Shown piece after piece: positions 24,726 through 33,415 of a DNA stretch of 34,618 bases. The notes under the pieces were generated by a model, which saw only the letters and a program-made list of their open reading frames with translations, searched no databases and had not been told where the DNA came from. Source of the DNA: an uncultured bacterium (lineage in GTDB: Bacteria; Abyssobacteria; SURF-5). Both the position numbers and the translations under genes were made by a program. Where the stretch lies: positions 15,879-50,496 of the forward strand of contig CAZEBC010000004.1 in the NCBI GenBank assembly GCA_964510165.1, given 5' to 3'. Positions within the stretch are counted from its first letter, which is position 1. Each line of letters opens with the position of its first letter.

Positions 24726-26315
24726 ATGTTTGACCTGGTGATCAGAAGCGCGAGCGTGCTTGACGGGCAGTGCCGCGAGGTGTCGGTAACCGACGTGGGG
24801 ATTCGAGGAGACACCATCGCCCAGATAGGGAACCTTGCGAGCGCCGAGGCAGGCAGGACCATTGACGGCGTCGGGCTCCATCTCGCGCCCGGCTTCATTG
24901 ACATGCATACCCATTCTGAGTTCCTGTATCTCATCAACCCGAATGCCGAGAGCAAGGTTCACCAAGGCGTTACCACGGAGGTGGTGGGCCACTGCGGCAC
25001 ATCCGCCGCGCCGATGCGGGGCGACGCAAAGAGGGAGGCGGAATCGCTCGCCGGAAAGATCGGGCTCAATATCACCTGGAGCACCCTGGAGGAATACAAC
25101 CGAAAGATACTCGAGCAAGGCGTCGCCGTCAATGTCATCCACCTGCTCGGGCATGGCGCCGTTCGCGATGCCGTCATGGGACGGACAGACCGCGCGCCCG
25201 CTGATAACGAAATCGCCGCGATGCGGAAGGAGATTGACCGCGCATTTGAGGAAGGCGTCTGGGGCATTTCGACCGGCCTCATCTACCCGCCCGGCTGTTA
25301 CTCGAAGACTGACGAGCTCGTAGAACTCAGCAAGACCGTCGCCCGGAACGGGGGCATCTACTCCAGCCACATACGCGGCGAAGGCGAAACATTGCTCGCA
25401 TCGCTTTCGGAGGCCATCGAGATAGGCGAGCGCTCGGGTGCGCCGGTTCAGATAAGTCACTTGAAGGTGTCGGGCAAGAAGAACTGGGACTTGGGCCCGA
25501 AGGCGCTCGAGCTGATAGACGCCGCGCTCGATAACGGCATGGATATCGCCGCCGATATGTATCCGTACCTCGCCGGCTCCACGGAACTTCAGAGCCTGCT
25601 TCCCGATTGGGTCCATAACCAGGGAAATGAAGCTCTCGTGCAGCGCCTCAGCGAACCCGGAACCCGCGCCCGAATCAAGAAGGAAATGGAAATTCGTAGC
25701 GGCGAGTTCGACATCAGGAACGTGGTCGGCGCGTGGGACGGCGTGTTTATCGGGCTCAGCATTGGTCATCCTGAATATCAGGGGAAGACCGTCGCGCAGA
25801 TTTCGGAAGAGATTGGCAAAGACCCCATCGAGACGGTGATGGACATCATCGTCGAGTGCAATTGCTTCGCCTTCATGAATATCATGACGCAGTCCGAGGA
25901 CAACGTGCGCATGTTCATCCGGCACCCGAAGGTGATGATCGGCTCCGACGCCGCCGCGTTCGCTCCGTATGGACTTCTCGGCATGACGATGCCGCACCCG
26001 CGCACGTACGGCACATTCCCGCGAGTGCTCGGGAAATACGTGCGCGAGGAAAAGCTTCTCTCCCTGCCCGAGGCCGTCAGAAAAATGACCTCGCTTCCCG
26101 CCTCCAGACTCGGCCTGAAAGACCGAGGGATAATCGCCCCGAACAAGAAGGCCGACCTCGTCCTGTTCAACGCCGACGCCATTGCCGACCGCGCGACCTA
26201 TCAGGACCCCAACCGCTATCCCGTGGGCATCAGTATGGTCATCGTCAACGGGCAGGTTGTGGTTGAGGATGGCAAGCACACGGGTGCGCTGCCGGGCAAG
26301 GTGCTCAGGAAATAG
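24726..26315 (+). CDS. N-acyl-D-amino acid deacylase (amidohydrolase family)
   Basis: 529 aa; PGFIDMHTH, GHCG, SSHIR, ISHLK, GSD, HPRTYGTFPRVLG; GGAGG RBS. Confidence 0.9.
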   Translation: MFDLVIRSASVLDGQCREVSVTDVGIRGDTIAQIGNLASAEAGRTIDGVGLHLAPGFIDMHTHSEFLYLINPNAESKVHQGVTTEVVGHCGTSAAPMRGDAKREAESLAGKIGLNITWSTLEEYNRKILEQGVAVNVIHLLGHGAVRDAVMGRTDRAPADNEIAAMRKEIDRAFEEGVWGISTGLIYPPGCYSKTDELVELSKTVARNGGIYSSHIRGEGETLLASLSEAIEIGERSGAPVQISHLKVSGKKNWDLGPKALELIDAALDNGMDIAADMYPYLAGSTELQSLLPDWVHNQGNEALVQRLSEPGTRARIKKEMEIRSGEFDIRNVVGAWDGVFIGLSIGHPEYQGKTVAQISEEIGKDPIETVMDIIVECNCFAFMNIMTQSEDNVRMFIRHPKVMIGSDAAAFAPYGLLGMTMPHPRTYGTFPRVLGKYVREEKLLSLPEAVRKMTSLPASRLGLKDRGIIAPNKKADLVLFNADAIADRATYQDPNRYPVGISMVIVNGQVVVEDGKHTGALPGKVLRK

Positions 26316-26326
26316 TCCGGAACCGG

Positions 26327-27277
26327 CTATTTTCCGGCATTTCCCGAGGTGGCGGCCCCAAGCGCATCAAGGATGAGCCGTGCGGCCACCTGGGCCGTGC
26401 GCCCGCTCTGATCATACAGAGGATTGACCTCGACCAGGTCCATGCCCACGAGTTTACCCTTGCTCGCGCAGGTGCGAAGCAACGTGCGGAGTTGCAAATA
26501 TGTCAGTCCCCCTGGCTCGGGCGTGCCTGTGCCGGGGGCAACGGAAGGGTCCAGAGAGTCAATGTCCAGGGTGATATAGAGGTTCTCGCACTCAGGAATT
26601 CTTGAGGCCACATATTCCGGGCCCTTTTCATGTACGTCGGTGGCGGTGAAATACGTGGATTTACCGCCCCGTGCTTCCTCCGTCCATTGCTGGGGATTGT
26701 TCAGCCCTCGGATGCCTATCTGGGTGAGGCCGGTGACGTGCTCCAATTCGGAAACGCGCTTCATCGGGTTCGCGTGGCTGTACCTGATTCCAAAGACATC
26801 GTCCATGAGGTCGAGATGCGTGTCGAATTGCACGACGTGAATAGGCGTGTCGCTGAAACCTCGGACCACCGGATAACTTATGGAATGGTCGCCGCCGAGC
26901 ACCACGGGCATCGCGCCGCACCTGCGCAAATCGCGAATGGATTGCGTGATCAGGTCCAGCGTCTCGGTCAACAGCGTCGGCAGGATGGAGATGTCTCCGC
27001 AGTCCACTATCTTGAGTCCCGCCAACAAGTACCTGCCCAGCTCGACATCATAGATTCCCACTTGAGGCGTGTAGGACATCGAGTAGAGCATCGAGGCGTC
27101 CCGAATGGCCTTGGGCCCGAACCGGGTACCCGAGCGATACGTCGTTCCGCTGTCCAGGCATACGCCGACAACAGCGATGTCGGCCTCCAGGCGGTCCAGG
27201 TCAAAACACATCGGAAAGCGACAAAAGCTGGGGATTCCTTCGTAGCCGAGGCCGATTCGTTGTTCAAGCGCTGCCAT
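26327..27277 (-). CDS. Agmatinase-like ureohydrolase (arginase family)
   Basis: 316 aa; GTRFGPKAIR, GGDHS, DTHLD, SHANP, DIDSLDPSVAPGTGTPEPGG, EVNP; AGGAGG RBS. Confidence 0.92.
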   Translation of the reverse strand: MAALEQRIGLGYEGIPSFCRFPMCFDLDRLEADIAVVGVCLDSGTTYRSGTRFGPKAIRDASMLYSMSYTPQVGIYDVELGRYLLAGLKIVDCGDISILPTLLTETLDLITQSIRDLRRCGAMPVVLGGDHSISYPVVRGFSDTPIHVVQFDTHLDLMDDVFGIRYSHANPMKRVSELEHVTGLTQIGIRGLNNPQQWTEEARGGKSTYFTATDVHEKGPEYVASRIPECENLYITLDIDSLDPSVAPGTGTPEPGGLTYLQLRTLLRTCASKGKLVGMDLVEVNPLYDQSGRTAQVAARLILDALGAATSGNAGK

Positions 27278-27393
27278 CGCCCGCCCTCCTTGCGCGCTGC
27301 GTGATTGAATTGCCGCGCTCCTTGCCTTATTCCAGGTTGGTGTCATATTGAAGTATAGAGACATTCCCTTGAGAATTCAACGCTGGTCGGAGT

Positions 27394-27750
27394 GTGATGG
27401 ACCTGAATATACTTGTCGTAGAAGACGACGCGGTGCAGAGGCATCAGGTGAAGCGAGCCTTGGCTGCGGATGGATACACAGTCTTTGACGCGCCCGATGG
27501 CGGCGAGGCGATTCGAATACTCGCCGAGCACGTGATTGACCTGGTGCTGACCGACCTCAAGATGCCCGTTGTCGACGGGATCGCCCTCTTCAACCATGTC
27601 AAGAAGCACTATTCAGGCGTGCCGGTTGGCATATTCACCGCCAGTCCGGACGTGTTGGGGAACCTTGAACCCGACGGCTTTCTTTGCAAGCCCTTTGGAC
27701 AGGAGCAGCTCCAGCGGTTGGTTCAGGGTCTGCGCCAGCGAGTCGCCTGA
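27394..27750 (+). CDS. Single-domain response regulator (receiver only)
   Basis: 118 aa; VVEDD, TDLKMP (phospho-Asp), FTA, KPF. Confidence 0.88.
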   Translation: MMDLNILVVEDDAVQRHQVKRALAADGYTVFDAPDGGEAIRILAEHVIDLVLTDLKMPVVDGIALFNHVKKHYSGVPVGIFTASPDVLGNLEPDGFLCKPFGQEQLQRLVQGLRQRVA

Positions 27751-27785
27751 ATCGTTCTTCACAAAGGAATCCCACGAACCCAAAC

Positions 27786-28250
27786 ATGCCAATCAACTCA
27801 CGATTCGTTCATGTGAATCTTGTCGCCAGGGATTGGAGAAGACTGGCAACTTTCTATCAGGAAGTTTTCGGCTGCGTCATTGTTCCTCCCGAAAGAGACC
27901 TTTCAGGAACGTGGCTTGAAGATGTCACCAGGGTTGCCGGCGCGAGAATTCGGGGCGCGCACTTTCGGTTGCCCGGCCACGGCAGCGAAGGGCCGACGCT
28001 GGAGATCTTTCAGTACTCTCCTGAAAAGGCGGCATCCGAGCCGACCGCAGCGAACCGGCCCGGATTCGCACACATCGCCTTTGCGGTTGAAAACGTTCAG
28101 GCTGCCCGCGATGCGGTTCTGGCGGCAGGCGGCAAGGATTTCGGCAGGTTGGTAACCACAGAAACCCCCGGTGTCGGCACGTTGACAGTCGTTTATGTGA
28201 CCGATCCCGAAGGCAACATCATCGAACTGCAGAAGTGGACGCGGCGATAG
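27786..28250 (+). CDS. VOC/glyoxalase family protein
   Basis: 154 aa; HVNLV, FYQEVFG, LEIFQY, HIAFAV, DPEGNIIEL. Confidence 0.88.
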   Translation: MPINSRFVHVNLVARDWRRLATFYQEVFGCVIVPPERDLSGTWLEDVTRVAGARIRGAHFRLPGHGSEGPTLEIFQYSPEKAASEPTAANRPGFAHIAFAVENVQAARDAVLAAGGKDFGRLVTTETPGVGTLTVVYVTDPEGNIIELQKWTRR

Positions 28251-28279
28251 CGCGACCGAAAGTGCCTCGAGGTCAGCCT

Positions 28280-29677
28280 TCAATAGCGCAGTATTTCCAC
28301 CAGGGAACTGATGTAGCCCGGTCCGCCGGTTCCGTAGTCCTCGACTTCCACATACCAGGCCAGATTCTCATTCTCTTTCAGTGCGAGGCTGGCCGTGTAT
28401 GCGCCCTCTCCCTCGACCGTCTCCATCGGGATCGAAGTCCAAGTGGTGAATCGCCAGTCGAGCGTTTTGTTATAGGCATGAAACAGCCTGACGGCGGTGA
28501 GCTGGTTCGGAGAGGTTGTACGCGCGGTCACGACCAGTTCCGCGTCCTTGAGTTCCGTCGCCACCTCGATCGTCGGCATTTGTCGGCCCTGAAAGCAATG
28601 GGCGAGCCACATTCTCCACGCGGCGAGGTGTTTTGGGGAGATCCACGTGTGCGGCATGTTGTCAATGTACAGGAACGCCTTGTCTCCCGAGAGTTCCGGC
28701 ATCATCCCGTTCGGCGCGCCCAGGGAGTAGAATTGGTCATTTGTTCCGAGGGCGACCAGATAGGCCGACTTGATTTGGTCTCTCCAGATATACGGGTCGA
28801 AGGCCATGGTCACCAGGAATCCGGCGGGGCTATTAACGGCCTTAAGCGCCTTGTTGGCGGGCTGGAAGCCGGGTCCCATGCGCTCCTCCGTCGGACCCCT
28901 CACGCCGGGGCCGAAGCTCGCGAATTTGGTGGCGACTTCATACAGGATATTGCCGCCGTAGTAACAGGTGGACATGACGCCAGCCACCCGCTCGGGGTCG
29001 ACGCCCGTCGAGATGCATACTGAGTAGCCTCTCTTGGAGCATCCCAGGAGCACCGCTTGTTGGGCGCGTATGTCGGGCATTGACTGCATGACAGTGATCG
29101 CGCGGAGATACGATGTCACGATGGGTATATACGGAAACCATGAGAGGTCCTGAGTTTTCTGCATCTCCTGGAGCGCATAGCCCATAAGGTCTGACTCTTC
29201 GTATCCAAAGATGAGGTCTGCCGGCGTGGCGAAGAGCATGATGGGCATGCCGAGGTCGAGCGCGGTCCCTTCGGCGTATTCGGCTTCGGTGTCGAGCTCC
29301 GTGCCGGGAATCGTCTGGCGCGTGCCTTCAACCTCCTGGAAGAAGCCGGCGCTGGTTCCGATGATGCCGACCTTTCCGTCAGGCCTGTAATCGGGCGGGA
29401 GATAGATATGGGCGGGGTGTTCCCAAACGGTGCCGTGCCATTCCTGACTCACGAACGTCAATTCAATGACGCGGACCTGCTTGTCGCTGCGCGCCTTGCT
29501 TTCCACGATTTCGTCTCTAATGATGTGTGTTTGGAGGGTGGAGGGTTCTTTAATGGAGCGCATGTTAAAGAACCTGGAAGGCCCTACGAAGCGTCGTGAG
29601 ACTCGCTCCTTGAGATAATCGCAGCCGGAAGAGGAAAGCAGCACACAGGCGAGTGCGACGGCTGCGAATTTCTTCAT
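28280..29677 (-). CDS. PqaA-like (PhoPQ-activated pathogenicity-related) alpha/beta-hydrolase lipoprotein
   Basis: 465 aa; lipobox-like LLSSSGC, SQEWHGTVWEH, GCSKRG, GTNDQFY, NMPH. Confidence 0.72.
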   Translation of the reverse strand: MKKFAAVALACVLLSSSGCDYLKERVSRRFVGPSRFFNMRSIKEPSTLQTHIIRDEIVESKARSDKQVRVIELTFVSQEWHGTVWEHPAHIYLPPDYRPDGKVGIIGTSAGFFQEVEGTRQTIPGTELDTEAEYAEGTALDLGMPIMLFATPADLIFGYEESDLMGYALQEMQKTQDLSWFPYIPIVTSYLRAITVMQSMPDIRAQQAVLLGCSKRGYSVCISTGVDPERVAGVMSTCYYGGNILYEVATKFASFGPGVRGPTEERMGPGFQPANKALKAVNSPAGFLVTMAFDPYIWRDQIKSAYLVALGTNDQFYSLGAPNGMMPELSGDKAFLYIDNMPHTWISPKHLAAWRMWLAHCFQGRQMPTIEVATELKDAELVVTARTTSPNQLTAVRLFHAYNKTLDWRFTTWTSIPMETVEGEGAYTASLALKENENLAWYVEVEDYGTGGPGYISSLVEILRY

Positions 29678-29706
29678 GGGGTCAGTCCTTCGGACGCGCC
29701 TGTTTC

Positions 29707-29778
29707 GTTATATTGGGGACACCATGCGGCATGGTGTCCCCAATATAACCTTCCGCTGCGGCTCTGCCGTGCTATGGA
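29707..29778. repeat. Palindromic repeat with perfect 21-bp arms plus GCGGCTCTGCCG tail
   Basis: gttatattggggacaccatgc-g-gcatggtgtccccaatataac (29707-29749); homologous to 1-60. Confidence 0.9.
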
Positions 29779-31238
29779 CTTTGTGTCTCGCGATACGCTC
29801 TGTATCTGACAAGCTGAGAGAACACCTGGGCGGCATCCTTAAACGAGCCGTCGGTCCAGGGAATCTTCTTCTCGTTGAACTTGTCGATCATGATCCGTTT
29901 GTAGCGGTCATAGTCCTCGTGGTTCTGGCGATGCTGGTTGAGCAATGCGTAGATCGGCTTGTTGATTTTCGCCGACCGGTTTACGAACAGGTCGGCGATC
30001 ATCTCGACGGCGAGCACGCGGCTCTCCTCGCTTCGTATGTTGGAGAGGTAATCAACGCTCACGAGCAGGATGATCGAGTCTATCACGGGGTCGGCGCCCA
30101 CCGCCTTCATAAGCTGGTCGAGGCGCATCATGCCGACGGCGCCGGGGTCGACCGGATTCTTGACGTCCACGTTTTCCTCCGGCAGGATTTCCCGGAGTTT
30201 CTGTTGTGTTTCGGGCGCGAGCCGTGGCAGGCTCAGGTTTGGCTGTGCGGCGAAGATGTCGCTGATGCTGACGCTGTTTCCTCCACCGGGCGAGAACACG
30301 GCGAGCCTCGGCCCCGGCAGCGTGAACTGGGGCTGAAGCAGTCTGAGCAGGCGGAGCAGATGTGGAAACTCCTCGACGCTGACCGCGCCCGCCTGACGCA
30401 ATGCAGCCGCGAATACTTGTTCGTTGCCCGCGATCGAGCCGGTATGTGTCGCGGCGGCCTGTTTTCCTTCATCCGTAATGCCGCCCTTCCACACGAGCAC
30501 GGGCTTGCGCCGGGTGATCCGCTTGAGGGAGTTGAGGAACCGGCGGCCGTCCTTTATCTGTTCCACGTAGACGCCGATGACGCCGATGCTTTCGTCATCC
30601 CCCATGTATTCGAGCAATTCGTTGATGGAGACATCCAATTGATTGCCGAGGGAGATGACCTTGTTGAAATAGATGCCGGTGTTCATGCCGCCGAGGATCA
30701 CGTTGACGGCATGTCCGCCCGATTGCGAGATGAAGCCGACTGTGCCCGGCCGGTCCACGATCTCCCAATGTTCGCGCCAGAATCCGATGCGTCCCTGTTG
30801 GCTGTAGATGCCCATGCAGTTTGGCCCGACGACGCGAAAGCCTTTCTCTCGGGCCATGCGCAGGATTTCGGCCTCGAGGTCCACCTTGTCTATCTCGCCG
30901 AAGCCCGAGGTATGGATCACGACGAACTTGACCTTGCCCGGCGGGACATCCGCCAGCACGCCGGGACACACCACCGCAGGCACAGCCACTATGGCGAGGT
31001 CCACCTCGCCGGGCACGTCGGCCAGGCGGTGGTAGCAGGGCATCTCGAACATTTCATCGTACTTGGGGTTTACCGGATAGATCCTTCCCTCGAACTTCAT
31101 GTGCATCAGGAACCGGGTGTAGTTGAACCTGCCCGGCGCGGAGCGCGGAGACGCTCCCACGTGCGCTACCGAGCGCGGCTTGAATAAGAGGTCGAGGCTG
31201 GTGTTTTGCGCTGACTTCGCTTCCACGTGTCCGGTCAC
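29772..31238 (-). CDS. Acyl-CoA synthetase (NDP-forming) alpha-subunit-like CoA-binding protein
   Basis: LFKPRSVAHVGAS, YPVNPK, GPNCMG, ISQSGG, SLGNQLD, AATHTGS phospho-His, NPVD; GTG start after GGAGG (31238 or 31226). Confidence 0.88.
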   Translation of the reverse strand: MTGHVEAKSAQNTSLDLLFKPRSVAHVGASPRSAPGRFNYTRFLMHMKFEGRIYPVNPKYDEMFEMPCYHRLADVPGEVDLAIVAVPAVVCPGVLADVPPGKVKFVVIHTSGFGEIDKVDLEAEILRMAREKGFRVVGPNCMGIYSQQGRIGFWREHWEIVDRPGTVGFISQSGGHAVNVILGGMNTGIYFNKVISLGNQLDVSINELLEYMGDDESIGVIGVYVEQIKDGRRFLNSLKRITRRKPVLVWKGGITDEGKQAAATHTGSIAGNEQVFAAALRQAGAVSVEEFPHLLRLLRLLQPQFTLPGPRLAVFSPGGGNSVSISDIFAAQPNLSLPRLAPETQQKLREILPEENVDVKNPVDPGAVGMMRLDQLMKAVGADPVIDSIILLVSVDYLSNIRSEESRVLAVEMIADLFVNRSAKINKPIYALLNQHRQNHEDYDRYKRIMIDKFNEKKIPWTDGSFKDAAQVFSQLVRYRAYRETQSP

Positions 31239-31297
31239 GGTTCCTCCGAGTTGGGTTGGTTCTGGTCTCACTGCATCAAGCAAGGGTTGCTCGTAGC

Positions 31298-31326
31298 ATT
31301 GTAATGAATGGAGCGGGCAAGGTCAA
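31298..31326 (-). promoter_or_regulatory. Sigma70-type promoter for the acyl-CoA synthetase-like gene
   Basis: Minus strand TTGACC (31326-31321), 17 nt, TACAAT (31303-31298). Confidence 0.65.
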
Positions 31327-31354
31327 CTGTATGAGGGGCAAAGTGGGAGACGGG

Positions 31355-31399
31355 GCTCTCATTGGGGACACGATCAAGCATCGTGTCCCCAATGAGAGC
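31355..31399. repeat. Palindrome with perfect 20-bp arms, same GGGGACAC core family
   Basis: gctctcattggggacacgat-caagc-atcgtgtccccaatgagagc. Confidence 0.85.
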
Positions 31400-31409
31400 A
31401 TGCGCAACC

Positions 31410-32516
31410 TCATCGCGCTGGCATTGCGCCGTATTCCATGAGCAGCGTGGTGCCGGAGGTCTCGGGCAGGCGCGGCAGCGATTGCTCCGGAAATTGGCCG
31501 GTCAGCGTCTTCATGAACGCGACGATATCACTTACCTGGTCGTCGGTCAAGTCTGCATTCAATTCGGTCTTCGCCATGACGAGGACGGCGGTTCTGAGAT
31601 CGGGGACGGAGCCGTTATGGAAATACGGCGCCGTCAGTTCGATATTGCGCCAGGTCTGCACCACCCACATGTACTTGTCGCTGTCAATGCGGGTGACGAG
31701 AAACCTGCCCAAGTCCAATCTCAGACTATAATCCGCCACATACCTGCCTTCGGTATACATGGGGAATCTTTTATAGAAACCCTCGCCCATGGGCGCGATC
31801 GGCCCGCTGAAATTGGGCCCCGAATGGCACGCCGTGCACCCCACCGACCTGACCAATTCCATCCCTCGTTTGGCGGCGGGCGATATCGCATCCTTGTCGC
31901 CCCTGAGGAAGCGATCGAAGGGACTGTTCGGCGTGATCAAGGTTCGCTCGTATGCGGCTATTGCCTTGACGATGTTGTCCACTGTCACGGGGTTCGGTCC
32001 TCCGAAGACCGCCTGGAACTGGCTCGCGTAACCGGGAATCGACTTGATCCGGTTGACGAGGATTTCCTCATTTATTCCCATCTCAAGCTGGTTGAACAAA
32101 GGTCCCTTGGCCTGCTCCTCGAGGCTCGGAGCGCGGCCGTCCCAGAACTGGACGGGCTTGAAGGCCGCATTCCAAACAGTGGGGTCTTGACGGTCGCCAG
32201 TCACCTTTCCGAATACACCGAAGGGAATCGGGAGGTTTGTGGTGCCGCTCAGCATGACGTTATGGCAGGACTGACAAGAGATCGAGCCATTGATCGAAAG
32301 GCGCGGGTCAAAGAAAAGCTGCTTGCCGAGTTGAATCTTTGCGGGAGTCATGGGGTTGTCTTCGGGGATAGACGGCGATTCGGGCAGCGGCTCGAACCCT
32401 GAGATATCCACCTCGACCGCCTTCTCTGCGGCTTCCTGAGCGACTGCGGCTGATGCGCAGAAGCAAATGCTGATGACGACCACGAACAAAGCGAGCGCCT
32501 GCTTGCCTTTCCTCAT
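31410..32516 (-). CDS. Di-heme cytochrome c peroxidase (bCcP/MauG family)
   Basis: 368 aa; signal peptide, LGKQLFFDPRLS, CQSCH, QFWDGRA, CTACH, TAPYFHNGS; GGAGGT RBS. Confidence 0.92.
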   Translation of the reverse strand: MRKGKQALALFVVVISICFCASAAVAQEAAEKAVEVDISGFEPLPESPSIPEDNPMTPAKIQLGKQLFFDPRLSINGSISCQSCHNVMLSGTTNLPIPFGVFGKVTGDRQDPTVWNAAFKPVQFWDGRAPSLEEQAKGPLFNQLEMGINEEILVNRIKSIPGYASQFQAVFGGPNPVTVDNIVKAIAAYERTLITPNSPFDRFLRGDKDAISPAAKRGMELVRSVGCTACHSGPNFSGPIAPMGEGFYKRFPMYTEGRYVADYSLRLDLGRFLVTRIDSDKYMWVVQTWRNIELTAPYFHNGSVPDLRTAVLVMAKTELNADLTDDQVSDIVAFMKTLTGQFPEQSLPRLPETSGTTLLMEYGAMPAR

Positions 32517-32659
32517 GTGACACCTCCGCTTCTCTGTGCACTTGGAACAGATTGAATATACGGGCGCGGCACTGCCGCGCCGCTGCACTCAATTATTCAT
32601 CCTGCTTTCTTGAATCGCTACTGCGCGTGCGCGCAAGTGGTCGCCGGATTCGTCTCCAT

Positions 32660-32692
32660 AAGAAACAGCCGACACATGGTCGGCTGTTTCTT
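32660..32692. terminator. Intrinsic terminator (bidirectional-looking) downstream of the CBS gene
   Basis: aagaaacagccgac-acatg-gtcggctgtttctt, perfect 14-bp stem. Confidence 0.7.
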
Positions 32693-32743
32693 CCCCAATG
32701 ACTGCGCTTGGAGCCAGAGACCGGCTCATCACTAAGGCCGTTC

Positions 32744-33172
32744 TCATCGTTCCGGCCTTGCGGGCTTGCTTACCTCTCTGAGGACCTCGCAGGCTTGTTG
32801 CTCGCTCAGTTTCACCGCCAGGTCTCCTAGGGAAAGAATTCCCACGACCTGGTCCTTGTCGTTTGTCACAAGGATGCGGCGTATCTTCCGTTCTTCCATC
32901 AGTCTGACGGCTTCGTTGATGTTCGAGTTCTCATTGCAGCACACGCAGTCTTCGGTCATGATGTCGCTTACCGTGCACTCATCGGTGCTGAGTCCCTGCG
33001 CCACCGCGCGGACTGTGATGTCGCGGTCGGTAAGGAAACCGACGAGCCGTTTGTCTTTGGTGACAGGAATGGCGCCGATGTTAAACTCGTCCATCTTTTG
33101 GGCCGCGTATCTGATGGTATCCGAAGGACTCACCGATTCTATATGTGGAGTCATTACGTCTTTGATCTTCAT
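32744..33172 (-). CDS. CBS domain pair protein
   Basis: 142 aa; KDVMT, IGAIPV, GFLTDRDI, IRRILV, GILSLGDL. Confidence 0.92.
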   Translation of the reverse strand: MKIKDVMTPHIESVSPSDTIRYAAQKMDEFNIGAIPVTKDKRLVGFLTDRDITVRAVAQGLSTDECTVSDIMTEDCVCCNENSNINEAVRLMEERKIRRILVTNDKDQVVGILSLGDLAVKLSEQQACEVLREVSKPARPER

Positions 33173-33314
33173 GGCTTAACCTTCCTTCGACAAATCGAAA
33201 TGGGGTTAACGATTCTCGAAATAGAGGACAATTTGAACAACCACTTCTTCTTACAAACTATTTCACGAAAGGATGGGCGGGGCAAGGCATTCCACGTCGG
33301 CCTGCCAACGGAAG

Positions 33315-33348
33315 ACTGTAGCGGCGGTTCGCGAACCGCCCCTACAGT
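33315..33348. repeat. GTAG-type REP palindrome
   Basis: actgtagcggcggttcg|cgaaccgcccctacagt, one mismatch. Confidence 0.8.
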
Positions 33349-33415
33349 TCATCAGTCTTGGTGATTCCTTGGTGTGATTGGTGACTTGATGGTTAAGAAA
33401 CGTTTTCCGTCGCGA

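Noticed and set aside
24693-26279. 528-aa minus-strand ORF
   Set aside because: Mirror of the D-aminoacylase gene; codon-bias artefact.
1-31399. Palindromic repeats as a possible CRISPR array
   Set aside because: Copies are dispersed over kilobases with no regular repeat-spacer periodicity and no cas genes.
29676-32402. 503-aa and 346-aa plus-strand ORFs
   Set aside because: Antisense to the CoA-ligase-like and peroxidase genes; no family features.
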